This document shows, piece after piece, positions 24,401-37,251 of a stretch of 64,000 bases of DNA. Each line of letters opens with the position of its first letter. Position 1 is the first letter of the stretch. The notes under the pieces are model-generated. The model saw only the letters and a list, made by a program, of their open reading frames with translations. It did no database searches and was not told the origin of the DNA. Source of the stretch: Pelomyxa schiedti (taxonomy: Eukaryota > Protista > Evosea); NCBI GenBank assembly GCA_020536535.1, contig JAHLWZ010000079.1, positions 1-64,000 of the forward strand, given 5' to 3'. A program made the position numbers and the translations under genes.

Positions 24401-27179
24401 GTGATTACTCTACTCTTTTTATCGGGGGAGTAGCCAATAAAAAGGAAAAAAATATCATTACAACAGCGCTTATCTGTGTATTCCAGGTTCATCTTGTATC
24501 TGATGATAGATTAAAGGGAAAAATACATTGCTTGAAAGATACACATAAGAGGAGTGAGGGAATTCAGTATTACAGATGGGAGACCCATCTTCTGTTGTGA
24601 AAATAGGAAACGAGAGATCGCCGGTGCTGGGAGTTGGTGGTGCTGGCAAGTCTGTTGGCTTTCGTTTGCCTGAACTTGTTTAGATAAACAGGATTTTTTG
24701 TAGGCACCTGCAACGGTTTTCCTTGAGGACCCATGTGTACTACTGCTGACTTTTCGAGGGTTCCTTTTTGGCAAGGACACTGATGGTTCCACTTGCTTCT
24801 GGGGTGTTGGAGATGGCACTGGTGATGCTGGTGGGGAGAGAGCCGATGGTTCCATAGAAGAAGGAGAGTGAGCAACTCCGAACCCGAGGTAAAGAGGACT
24901 ATCATAGAATTACAAACAAAGTAGCATCATAGAAGCAACTGTTTGGAGCAGAAAACCGAGGAAGAATCGAAAATCGACATTGAAGGCCCTGTTTGCAGCG
25001 TAATGGTTAACGAGGCACTGAATAAACACGTTAGTCCATCAGCAATCTAATCCCAGGTACTTGAGGAATGTCTGTTTGTCTGAAAAAAATGGGACATAAG
25101 GAAACCAGCCAAGTACAACAGACAACTCTGAACTGGTGTTACCAACCACCGACTGTTGCGAACTTACAGGAAGAGGTACTCGAACTGCAAAAGGTTAGAA
25201 ACATATTATTTAGATTGAAGAATATTACCAGTACACTCAAGTTGAAAAATGACTGCAAACAGGGGATGAGCAACAAAGTAAGGGAACATAATGCACTGGT
25301 CATACCATAACCCACCCCCACCACGATTGTAGAGAACACACTTTTCTGGAGGGGCAACAAAGGTATGACCTGCAAGAACTTAGACACAGTTAAGCTTTGT
25401 AGATATCAACCATTGTGCACCCCAACTACAACTCTCTTCTCAATTATTGAAACAATTTGACCATCATTTTCTTGGAGACCTGTTTAATACCGTTAAAAAA
25501 AAGGGAACAAAAAAACCTGCAGATACCAAAAACATGCAACCTGTGTTGTTGGATGGCCTCAATTAATTCATCATCAAAATTTGGAGGCAATATCGCTTCT
25601 ATAGTGCCAATTGCCAGTTCAGTGGTTGGCTTTTTTCTTTTAAACAACGAAAGAAAGCAATCAGACTCACCACGAGAATAGGAGGAAAAAGAGGGGTTCT
25701 TAAGATGTCACAATGGGAGTATGGGGTAGGTTGAAAGTTTTTGGGAGGTTCCTTGTACTTTTTCAAAACCCTTCTCAAACCTACAGAAGCAAGTTGAAAG
25801 GAACCAGAAGAGGTTCATTGTGTTACCTGGTATTACAGAATTTGAGCCAATAGGCTCATTTTCTCGGATAAAGCAAATTGCAGGAGAAAATTTGGAAGCT
25901 AGACAGAGATTGTAGAATGCTTTGCTTCCAAGAAGTGGATTAAGCTGAGATCCTGGTAGATGTGACAAAAAATTGCAGTACTTGAGAATGTACTAAGATT
26001 ATCAATGCCTTTGTTTGATACGACAAACATCAATGCCCGAGGAGTTCCAGCATAAATTGCATCACTGAACTGAACTTGCCCTTTTGGAAGAGAAGACTTG
26101 TCCCTGTGAAAATTAGAGGTATGGTTTAAATGAGGAGGACCTACGCTAATCTGGTAGGATCTCCAAAAACTGGTAAGATTGACCACCCAACAGAATATTC
26201 TTTGATTACTACTGAGTCAAGCTTGACTACATGTGTTACTTTCTCAAGTGATCAAAAACTCCAATACCTTGAACAACGTATTCGAGAATGGCCACGCAAT
26301 TCTCATCAATGATAGATGAATGAAAGTAGACAGACTGGTTGTATACAACCCGTTCAAGGTTCCCGATGTTATTTCCCTCAGCCTGGAAGGATTAAAAAAA
26401 AAAAAAAAAAGAAGAAGAGTGAGAGGGAAGAAACAAACTGAAATCGGGTGACACTTGCTCTTTACCGAATCGCTAATGAAGGTATTTCCAAAAAATTTCT
26501 TGGTGAAACAATCGAACATGGAAAAATGAAATTTGTACTCCACAGTCACAGAGCTTCCCCCCTGGGGGTGCAAGTTTTCAATCACTTCCATGTACTAGTT
26601 GAAGTATAAGCCGCAATTAAATTGCAGGCAGGATATTTATACCAACTCGGGAATCACAGGCACACCATCAGCATAAACAACAGTCATACAATATGCCACA
26701 GTCCCACCCCCCCCAGGACCCTGCTGAGCTGACCCCAAGTCAAAAAAAAAAGGGGAAAAAAAAAAAAAAAAGGGAATCACATGCACACCATTGGGCAATA
26801 TCTTTGGCGGGCTGCCAGCAGCATCAAGCGGTATGGACGGTAGCCCACTGGCGCTCCCGTAGAACGCCAGCCATTTTGCAGACAACCCCCCAGCCTGCTC
26901 CACGTACCACTGAAACGTGCCCCCCCCTTCTCCCCCGCCGCCCCCCCTGCCACTTGGTTGCCCACGCCGCTCCCCTCGCGGGCCGCTCCCCCGCGTGGGT
27001 TGCTCGTATGTGGTCCACCCCCCCAGCTGGTGCGTACCCCTGGGTGTCAGGGTCAGGCTGGGCGATGCCGCTGCCGTGGCATAGTCCCTGGGAGACCCGG
27101 ACGGTGGCGGTACGCCTGTCCGCTTTCTGGAGGTCGCCGCTACTCCGGAGCCCCGGGATTGCCTTTGCCTTGGCTGCAT
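21414..27179 (-). CDS. NPHP4: Nephrocystin-4 (ciliary transition-zone protein)
   Basis: FHFSMFDCFTKKFFGNT, IYAGTPRALMF, FRFWRYPPVYT, LQIDVWDGDALFYLG and FGSVSFFELLFTNPY motifs. C-terminus YQNPSSHPKTLLLHTNQPEFLSFKDDTLEL...LVFFND..GETVDCLQI resembles the human NPHP4 C-terminus as recalled. Confidence 0.85.
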
Positions 27180-27220
27180 TGTTTTTTTGGTTGGGTTTCG
27201 TGGCACGAGAAATCAGAAAC

Positions 27221-28152
27221 ATGTCCAACAAGCGGGGGGATGGACAGCCGGGACCGCAGCACGGAGTGGGCGCGGCGTCGGTGGCTACGACGGGGACGGC
27301 AACAGGGGGGGCGGCAGGGGTGGGCGACGTGGAGGACGGCGTTATTCGACTCAAGCTGCTGCTGAGGGAAATGAATTTGAGACGGTTCACAATAAAGTTT
27401 CTGGCTTGGTGCGAACTGGTGGACAAGAACACTGACCCCCATGACTGGTTTTTTTTTTTTTTTCCCCGCATTGATATGTTACTTTTGTATATAACCGGTT
27501 GCATCCAATTTACCTGTACAAAGCTATGAGTTGCAGCAAAGCCTTATTCGGGAGTTGAATATGTACGAGTTTGTCTTCCAGAAAGCAGACGTGGCACTCA
27601 AGACATATCAGGAAGAGAAAGAGGCCTATGACGCATTGTGTGCCAAAAGAGGTAACCTTCTCTTGACCGTTTATCACTGTCATAACTGTACTTATATATA
27701 TAGTTGAGGAAATCGCTCAAATAGAAAGGGAAATTCTTGATTTAACGGTGTAGTACGCTCTGTGTACCCCCATTGTTGATGTCAATAAGGCTCAACTCGA
27801 AGATGAGAAAGTCAGCCTACAACATAACGAAGAGTATGCAGCCCTAAAACGCGCAATATCAGAGAGGCCCCCCTCCCAAGACTCTGAAAGGTTCCAATTT
27901 TTCTCACACATATCTTCGCATCACCAAACCCACAGAGAGATAGCCTCTCTCGAGAAAGAGCTGGCAGATTTGCAGCAGAGTGCCGAAGATGTTTCAATCA
28001 AGTTAGACACTAGGTCAAAACAGTTTGCACTTCTTATGCACGCACTGTCCCAGCTTTCATCTGACGTGGTATGTGTTTCGATTCCAAGAAAAGTTCTAAC
28101 GTTAAAACCTCTGTAGGCACCCACTACCACTGACACTAACATGAGGGACTGA
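27221..28152 (+). CDS. THOC7: THO complex subunit 7 (Mft1 homologue)
   Basis: EDGVIRLKLL N-terminal motif, long coiled coil, HNEEYAALKRAISERP, and KLDTRSKQFALLMHALSQL near the C-terminus. Confidence 0.8.
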
Positions 28153-28473
28153 ACAACGAAAAAATTGGACATCTTTTCTTCGCATCCTGCATGATGATAT
28201 AATATTTTTCTTGCGTTTGGACAGTTTGAAAGAAGAAGAGGAACGGAGAACCCGCAAAGGGGGGCCCGTGTTCGTACCGCCTTACGTGGTGTAAGATTGG
28301 GGCGGTTAGAGCTTTTCCGTGTACATTCGCGAATCCCGCGGTTTCTTGATTGTACACTGGACAAAATTCCGCCCCCGGTCGAGCTTTGGTCGGAATAGGC
28401 ATTAGATCATTGATGTCTCGAAGATCACAATAGGAATTTGCCGTGAATGCGTTTCCAATCCGGAATAAACAAT

Positions 28474-28494
28474 CCGCTAATGGACCATTAGCGG
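28474..28494. repeat. Perfect 10-bp inverted repeat with a 1-nt spacer (CCGCTAATGG-A-CCATTAGCGG)
   Basis: Read directly from the sequence; intergenic, about 490 nt upstream of the CudA-like start. Confidence 0.9.
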
Positions 28495-28985
28495 TAAAAG
28501 GTACCCGGCCAAACTCCACAATAATTTACAACACAGTACAGTGAATATGAGAAAAGAACATGGTACCAAGAGGTGAAGAAAGAACAAAAAAACAAGCAAA
28601 GTTGTGTCGAGGGAAAAAAAATAAAAAATAAAAACTTCACAACAAACCAAGCAACACGCACACCCTGCAACACACCAACACCCCATAAAACAACAAATCA
28701 ATTAATTCAAAGAGGTTCTGTGTAGTCAACACCCCGCATTCCCAGCAAGGAAACGATACCTGTGAGAATTTGTGAGGAGAAGTAAAAAAAGTAAAAAAAA
28801 TCCCCAACGACGATTTGCGCCACGGGGGTAGTACCAACTGTCGTCAGCTGACTTGCATCCACGATATCACTGTGTGACACACACTCGTGCCGTATCCGTA
28901 TACATACTGCCACGCCACACCAGTGAGCGTTGGTTCATTCCACCACGTGCCTGTTGTCACTGTGGTTACTTCGTTCATTTCAGCA

Positions 28986-31432
28986 ATGTGGAGAGATACG
29001 ACTACAAATAGCGGCAGCGGCGGCGGCAGCGGCAGCGGCAGCAGCAGCAGCAGCAACGCCAACATTAACACTGGCGGCGGTACTGGTGGTGTTGCGCCAC
29101 TCAACGCCAATACCAGCGCAACAGTAAGCAGCACGAGCACCACCATGAGCAGCAGCAGCAGCAGCAGCAGCGGAGGCGGCGGCAGTGGAAGCACATGGGG
29201 GCAGCTGCCTGCCTTGACAGAGGAGGATGTACGCCGGATTGGGAGAGGAGTGACTGGGGGAAACGTTGGAGCTCAGACGCCGCTGAATGTGAATGTGGCT
29301 GTGGACGTGGTCTCGTCTGGGCCCCCACTGCTCCCACACAGCACCAGCATCGTAAGTCAGGGAGGCACCACGACCAGTACTGCTCCTATGCCCAGGCAGC
29401 GCCCTCCAGGAGCGTTTTCAGTACCCGCATTCCTACGAGTATGTACACGCCTTGTGTGTTGTTTGTTTGTTGCGCTTTTTTTTTTTTTTTTTTTTTTTTT
29501 GATTTGTTTCTTGTTCCACATGGGGCATTGAGAAGGGTGCATTGAAGGAGTAAGTACTTACTTGCGACAAATCGTTTCGTGATTGTCATTCTCTGCTGGT
29601 TTTTTTGTCTTCCTTTCCTTGTGTTGCAATGCCTGATGTACTGTTTACCAGCGAACTCACTTCCTCTACGTTTCCTCGTACAGACTTATCTACCCGATTT
29701 ATTAGAATCACCACAATTTCGACCTTATACACAACCTCTTGTATTCAACGGGAGACAGATGTCTACATCAGAGCCCCCACCTCTCACCAACAACCAAATT
29801 CAGCGGATCACTGACCACGTTATGGCTCACACTCCTCCGACTGATAATCAGACTGAAAAGCTTGAACTCGTAAACAAACTAGAAGAAATGCAGAGACATC
29901 AAAATTCAGAATTCACTTCCAATGTGCCTGCACACGGTCCAGCGCGGCCTCCTTTTATTCCTGAGGCTGAGAAAGTTGTCAGAAGCGACCTTCTTTTCAC
30001 TCTCCCTCAGGAGCTTCGCTCACCCACACTCCCTCCAAGGATTCCACTTTCATCTTACTTTGCTCCATGGGGAGAAGATAGTAGATCCCCAATAGAACCA
30101 ATTCCCTGCACCCAGCTTGAAGTCACGCTATCTTCCTATAAGATTTTCAAACACAAGAAATTTCAGGTAGAAACCATCCCAATTTCCCTCTCTTAACCCC
30201 AACACAGATGTTCATTAAGATTGATAGAATGCTGAAGCAGAAACTCTGTTTGTCCAGTGATGATATCCTTTTGGCTGGATTGACTGCGAAATGCTGCAGA
30301 GAAAACTCCAATGAAGGTTCTCCGGATTGTTTTTTTTTCATCACTTCTTACGAATGAAGAGGTCGAGAACTGCAGGATATGTGCTCCTAATCGCAAAGTT
30401 GTTACCATTGGAGTTTCGTCTCAGTCTCCATTTCAACCTACATCAGCTATAAGCAGCAATACAAACAACCCCATGGATGTTTTCGTGTTTGACGACTGCA
30501 AGTCTAATTGCTCTTCTTCAAGGTAACCTCTTGAACCCATTAGGTGGGTTATTCACAAAAAGCAGGGATCACTTGCACGCATCCTTGACCTTAGTGGTGG
30601 AGTTGCAACCTGGGGCTACAATTAGGTCCCCTCCTTTCGTGTTGCAAGCAAGGGCGGCCCAGAGCCGAATACCAAGTATAACTCTTTTTCTCTGACTAAC
30701 CTTCACTAATTGAACCGTAAGAATCTAAAACCACATCCTCTACGCAAGTATCCTCAAGAGGGAAACGGAAGCATGTCTCAGGTTCCCTGGTTTCCCCTCC
30801 CCTAACATCATCCGATCCGGCCGCGAGTATGATGAATGAAACAAGCCCATTTGTTTATACCTCAAGCACAAGCACCACACCCACAAGCACACCCTCAAGC
30901 TCCACAAGCACACCAATAACAACAACCACAGGCGTAAGCACACCAATCACCACCACCACACCCATAACAACCACCTCAGCCGCACCATCCCCGGGGATTA
31001 TAAGCTCCCCCTCGCCCGGCCATACATTTACACCAGACCAGCTCCTGGATCAGCCGCACCACCCCGGCTCTGACACCAAGTGCTACGGTAAGACATGTAT
31101 CCCTCTGACCTACCCTAAGGCTAACCCCTACCCAGTTTTCCTTCATGTGCTGCAAACCGGAACAGTCGATTCCGATAAACCAGACATCAGAGACTTTCAG
31201 ACGTTAACCCGAAATCTTCCCGGTTTCATTCATTTTGAAGACCGGTCGCTAGCAGGTTTATTGCCGCATCCGGTTTGTTCTCTTTTACTGATTGCCGGCA
31301 ATAGGTGGGATGGTGATACTATTCCATTTCTTTGACAGCGTAATGCACGCTACCTCCGCTATGCAAATCGTTAACACCTACTTTGATAACCACAAACAAT
31401 TCACAGTGCAGGCTGTTGTCCAAAGTTGGTGA
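28986..31432 (+). CDS. CudA-like amoebozoan transcription factor
   Basis: Spliced core CRICAPNRKVVTIG...VFVFDDCKSNCSSSRDHLHASLTLVVEL...IRSPPFVLQAR resembles the CudA DNA-binding core as recalled. Gly/Ser-rich N-terminus, Thr-rich linker, and a small alpha/beta C-terminal domain ending at 31432. Confidence 0.6.
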
Positions 31433-31506
31433 GAAATCCACCAACAACCATTTTTGACTGTACAAAGCTGAACAAAGAAACACTTTTTACAAAAAAGCCC
31501 TTATGT

Positions 31507-32858
31507 TTAGTGGTCATTGTTGCTCTCTGTGGAGGGAGCAACATTTGGGGTTGGTTTGTTTGTTGAGTCATGCTCTTGTGCTTGTTGTGCTTGCAGTAAG
31601 GCTTTCTCTCTTTTTTGCCGCTCAGCAGCTGCTGCCAGTCTACCAAGTACTTGCCTTTCATATGTCAAATGAGACTGAAGAGAGATTCCGGGCTCTCCTT
31701 CACTAGCACTCGTTGAACTTGTTGTACTGCTTGTACTAGTGCTCGCTGAGGTAGTGGTTGAACTTGTTGCCGGGACTGGTGTGTCAGCAGGTACATGGGA
31801 CGGTGGTGGAGCAGGTTTTGACGGGAGCGATTCACTTTTTTGGACAAGAATAATCTTCAATCTGTTATCTTCAAATCCAGATTCGCTAGATGCCAGTTTC
31901 TATTGCTAATGAGAATGCATAAAAACTAGTATGAACATACTGCACTTTCTAGCTTTGCAAAGGATACTACGGCACTCCCGCCCTTTGCAGCCATCAGCAA
32001 TGCATCAATGGTGCCGTATTGACTGAAGAGTGCTTGTAGGTGTTCCCTGGTGTATAAATGTGTTGTTGGTGATGCTTTTGTGCTCCATCTTACCTTGATT
32101 GTTCCACCCTGATCTGTTGTGTTGTTGGGATTAGAGGTGTCTACGTTTTTTCATCCTTACCAGGCGGAGACTTTACAGTCGTGGAGGCAGTGGGAATAAT
32201 GTTTGCAGTGGGTTGTTCAGCGGCTTGTTGTTTCTTTTTCTGCAACATTCTCTCGTAACCCTCACGCTTTAACCGCATAATCTATGTACAGTAAGGACAA
32301 CACAGGGGAAAAAAGAGAAAAAACCAACTGTGGCAGATGGATATTACCTCTGCTTCAAGTCTCTTTCTAGCTTGCTCTTCTTCATTTCTAGAGCGCTTAG
32401 CGGCTCTCTCTCTTTCAAGAAGACCTTTTATATATAACTATGGTACAAAAGTTCCCAATAGTACATACTGTCTGCCATGCGTTTTCTCGACTCGTCAGCG
32501 AAAACGGTCCGCTGCTGCCGAGCACTTTTCGCAGCAATAAGAGCGTCATAAGCTTGCCTCGCCGCCTGATCAAGAAGAATTTCCTTAGCCTTCTTAATTT
32601 GCATGAATATCTCCGCTAGGAGCGGTTAGACAAGACAGTACATAAGTAAATAATATTATGCAATAAAAATCAAAAATCCAACGAACCAGCACGAGGGTTG
32701 CCCTTGTTCTTATCGGGGTGGTGGATCTTTGCCTTCTCCTTATACGCAGTGTTTATCTGCTGCGGGGACGCGTCCACCGGCACCCCCAACAACACATACA
32801 GCGACACATCGTCCGGAATACCGCCCAACAGCCCAGCCCCCGGTGGCCCCCCGCTCAT
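31507..32858 (-). CDS. DNAJC17: DnaJ subfamily C member 17 / Cwf23-like (J-domain, coiled coil, RRM-like)
   Basis: J-domain LYVLLGV...AYKEKAKIHHPDKN with the HPD motif. RRM-like LQALFSQYGTID..GSAVVSF. C-terminal YERQVLGRLAAAAERQK. Confidence 0.8.
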
Positions 32859-32937
32859 CTCCTCAGTGTCTTCTTTTTTTTAATTTTTTATTTTACTTCA
32901 AAAAAAATAGGGTTTCCAAATTGAATATTCCATGAGA

Positions 32938-35104
32938 TTAGTGGGAGGAGCGGTGTGAGGAAGTCGTTGTTGTGGATGCTGTTGTGGTGGTGCAGTTTGG
33001 TGACCCACCGGTGGTACGGTCTATGACTGGGACTGCAGGCTCAAAGCATACTGTTGAGACATAAGCGTCGACCAAGTACTTCTGCTTGATGAGGGCGTCT
33101 CGCCACTCGGTAGTTTCGGCGTTGGTGGTGCCGGAGACATAGAATACCGGCGCACCGGAATTGGTGCTGCTCTGGTCGCTCATTCCGATGACGAGGCGAA
33201 GTGACGTCTGGCCCTCGTGTGAAACTTCCTCGATTGCGCATTCATAGAGTGGAATCTTCACAACAGTTTTCTGTTGTTGTGTAAGAATGGCCGGATATAG
33301 CCGAAAAGTACACACATCTCTAAAAGTGTTGTCATATAAAGTGACAACTCCTTGACAGCAGTGTGCCCAGAAAAGGCCACGTGCAACGTGGCTTTCAACC
33401 TTGATGGGCCCTTCTTTTTCCTACCGAGATATAATCGTTAGAAAGGAAGTATTTGTGGCTTGTTTTATCAGTTCCAAACCTTTGTCGGTGTTATTGGCAT
33501 AGCTGTGGCGTTATAATGATTGCATGACGCTTTGATTGCAGCCATCCACTCGTCACAGATTTCTTTGTTTTCTGCCTATCTTGATAATTGATATGCAAAA
33601 AATCCATACGCCAATATACCTTTAATATTATAATTCTGCCAGGGAATTCTATTCCAAAAGCGTGGTGATGTATGTTTGGGGCTGGGTATACTGTGCAGGC
33701 AAGCTGTTTGTGGTGAGGTTACTACTTTAGGGGAACATACCTTCAAACAGTAAACGTTATCGCTTCCCCCAGTTGTATTTACATCCTCAGGTCTGTTAAG
33801 TTCCTTCTCGCCCAGTGTCTGTGAGGCCCAGTACCTAAGAAAAGGAATCAATATCTTTTTTCCTGTCTGATAATAAAACGCATACGAAAGAGAGTAATTC
33901 TTAAGTACAAAGAACCTTTTTTTCCAATTCTTAGTTGGACCCTTGTCCCCTCTCTTCCAAAGGAACCCTAGGTATTTCTTATAGGCAAAGAGTAGCACAA
34001 TGTTGAAATGTACCAGAGAGAAGAGGATTTGGAAAAGGTGGTGGTACTAGAGGTGCTTTCCCTGAATTTGGATCAGACGGGTCGTTTGGCGGTTTTGAAG
34101 TCAGAGCAGAGTACCAGGCTTGTGTTTCCTGCCCAGCATTCAGTAACATCATAATTTATGAACAAAAGTACCAGTTGAGAATCGCCACACAACAAGCACT
34201 TGCCGTCTCCAACTTGAAGACAAATTATACTGGAATTTGATCGTCTTAGGTCATTTGTGAGCACCTCCTTGTGAAGGTCACCTAATCGTACTAGGGAAAT
34301 GAGAGTGTGAGACATTGGCTGAATCAACGCAAGGGTTGGCGTTTCTGCCGCTGTCTGAAAGTCACAGTGAAATAAAGTACATAAATTTCTTGAGTACCAT
34401 GATTTTCTGTCCAAGGCAAAGTACGTTTCTACTCACTATAAGTCTAGCCCATTCTCTTGACCAGCGCTGGCTCCCTGGCTGCATAACCCACAACCATCCC
34501 TCTCTGCTTGGCTTGAATGCGTGGTATAGTTGTACAATATAGGTGAATATCTGTGGAGAATCTGAATTAGGCTGAATGCAACGTTAAAATAACCATACAA
34601 GCCTCTTATCTTTCATGTCGTCAATTCCCAGTAGTCTGGGAATGCCGATCTATAACCAGTAAGAGTTGAGTGTGGAAAAAAAAAACAACCTTTTCTGCAA
34701 TAGAAAAGGCAAGATTAAGAGTTTCATGTGGATTCATGGTAGGTAGTCGAGAAATATCAATTAAGTCCTGGAGGTATATGAGAGTTATATGCACCCCTTA
34801 GGCTGGTGGGTAACTTACAGGTCGCGACCATTGCAGAAAATGATACAACAAACTACAAAAAGCACCTCCACTGAGCCAACTTCAATACTGTTAAGAAAAA
34901 GATAAAGAACCACAAAGCAGGTGGATTTTGGTTTTAGGAACATGGGTGCACTCACCTCTCACCAAAGTCCACGACGTTTACACCGTGCTCCTTGGCAATA
35001 CCTCTGCACCACAGCATCAGGCCCATCTATTCCCTGTTCGTCAGTCTTTAAAACGACGGTTCGTTGACGTTTAAAACCTTGCCGCGCTCACCACCGTTCG
35101 CCAT
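32938..35104 (-). CDS. Calponin-homology domain plus three PH domains (cytoskeleton/membrane adaptor)
   Basis: CH: LMLWCRG...VVDFGESWLSGGAFC...PDLID...LNLAFSIAEKIGIPRLL. PH motifs: REGWLWV..W, GFLWKRGDKGPTKNWKKRFFVL...DEWMAAI, and ETTEWRDALIK. Confidence 0.75.
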
Positions 35105-35351
35105 GTTTTCGTTTGGTGATTTCTTCGCCCCTTTAAGCTCAGTGAAGTGAACCAGCTAGACAATCTCACACAGTGATCGGAACACCTGGAGTGGCACTCC
35201 AGGGTATCGTCTGGTTGCTGGCTGGGGCTCTGAGGAGAGTGTCAGTTTTCACCCAGTTTTCCCGCACTTCCAATGTTCCGGTAATCATCCTTCGGCTAAG
35301 GGGAAGAAGAGGAAAAAAAACCTTGGGGTCTGGGGTGTCGGTGATACAGGG

Positions 35352-37251
35352 ATGCAGCTCAAAATAACACCACTTCAGCTGTACCACATCGTGTTGGTGT
35401 GTGGCATGTTGCTCACTGGTTGCATCAACACACTCAGCAAGAAATTTCAGAACGATACCGAGTGCGTTGGTCGCTCTAACTAGCGAGCGATACTGGCGTC
35501 TTCATCCCCATCTCTTATTATATTATTGTGATTTTCGTGCTCATAAAAAATTTTTCTAGGTCTCCAGGGTATAATGGGGATGTACATTATTTTGCCCACC
35601 CTTGGTTTCAGACGTTGGTTATGTTTACTGGTTGGTTTAGTCATAACCTCTTGTAACACCCTTACTCTTTGAAGGCGAGTTCCTTTGCCTTATTGGGATA
35701 GTCATTCAAAGGCACCAGCAACGAGTGAAACAACTCACAGGTTGGTAACAGCAATCACTTGCCACTTTCTTGCTTACTTGACAAGAAACGCCTCTGGTTC
35801 ATTTCAAGCACAAAGACCGGATTTTTCAATTGATATTGATTATCCCAACTTTACTTGATCTTCTCGGGTACAAAAATAATAATAATAATTCCACGTTTTC
35901 TACAGTAACACACATAAAGGACATCACTTGGAGGTTGGAGAGAAGGTTTCCCATACTTCCTAATTTTAATATGTAGGAATTGGTCTGGTTTATGTTAGTG
36001 CTTCTGTGTGGCAGATGTTGCGAGGCTCCATTATCATTTTTACTGGCATCCTCTCTGTGGGTTTTCCTTTTTTCTTCCCTCCAACCCAATTTAAGTCTTT
36101 AATGTCTCCTTACCTTTCTTTCTCGTACAGAAATTTTTCTTGAAGCGCAAGCTTCTCCCTTATCGATGGTTTGCCATGTGTGTCACAATTGTTGGTCTAG
36201 TTTTGGTGGGAGTATCTGGACTACTGAGTGAGAATTTGTCAAATAAAGCATCCACATCTGGTTCCACATCTTCATCAGAGGATTCCTCCGACAGTTATAT
36301 GATGATTTTCGGTACTTTTTCATTTCATATTCTTTTCTAAATATGCTCAAGGAATGATCTGTATTCTTCTGGGGCAGCTGGTGGGAGCAATACAAATGTT
36401 TCCTAACACATTATCCAGATGTGGTTCTCACTAAACAATACAGGGTGATTGAAGAAAAGTTTCTTAAATCAAGAGGACTTCAGCCCTTCCACGTTGTAGG
36501 AATGGAGGGATTTTTTGGCGTACTTCTCATGGCCTTTACTGTTTTACCATTCTTTTATGTTGTTCCTGGCAAACAGGTTTGTATTACCAGATGAAACCAG
36601 AAATTGATTACTTTTTAGGATTGTTCCCTCCGGTACCAAGATAAAGAAAACTCCATTGACGCAATCTTACAAATTCTGCACAACTGGCAACTTGTTCTCT
36701 ACGTTTTACTATATTTGTGTTCTATTGCTTTTTATAACTTCTTTGGATTGTCTGGTGTGATAGCCACCTCTTTTTTCCCCTTATTAATGTTGGCAGTGAC
36801 AAAATCTTTGACATGCGTTCACCGCACCCTAATTGATGCTTGCCGGACCATTATTGTTTGGACGGTAGTTTCCCCCACCATCTTTACGCTACTAACATCT
36901 CTCAGGTCGATCTGTTTATATGGTATGTCATAGACGCTCCCCAATATGGTGAAGAGTGGACCATCTACAGCTGGGTGCAAGGTTCCTCTCACCTCTCCGA
37001 ATCCCTCATTTCCCTCCCCTTCCAACACCTCCCCAGTTGCCGGATTTCTCCTGCTGATCGGTGGTACAATTCTCTATAATGGGATCATACACATACCAGG
37101 ATTTGAGTACGAGGCACCGGCGGCACCACCCACAGCACCTCCCGCCACGTCCCCAACTGTCGAGGCTGGTGGCGAGAAGACTCCCCTCCTCAGCATCAAT
37201 TCCGCACAGGACCCACCAAAGTGCACTTCTGGCACGGTACACACCGACTGA
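35352..37251 (+). CDS. SLC35F6: Solute carrier family 35 member F6-like transporter
   Basis: MLLTGCINTLSKKFQ, FAHPWFQTLVMFTGEFLCL, SVWQMLRGSIIIFTG, QMVIEEKFLK, VGMEGFFG and SIAFYNFFGLSVTKSLTCVHRTLIDACRTI. Confidence 0.88.

Noticed and set aside
30850-30985. ACAAGCAC/ACC tandem-like repeats resembling an array
   Set aside because: Degenerate coding repeat for a Thr/Ser/Pro linker, with no fixed repeat-spacer structure, so not CRISPR-like.
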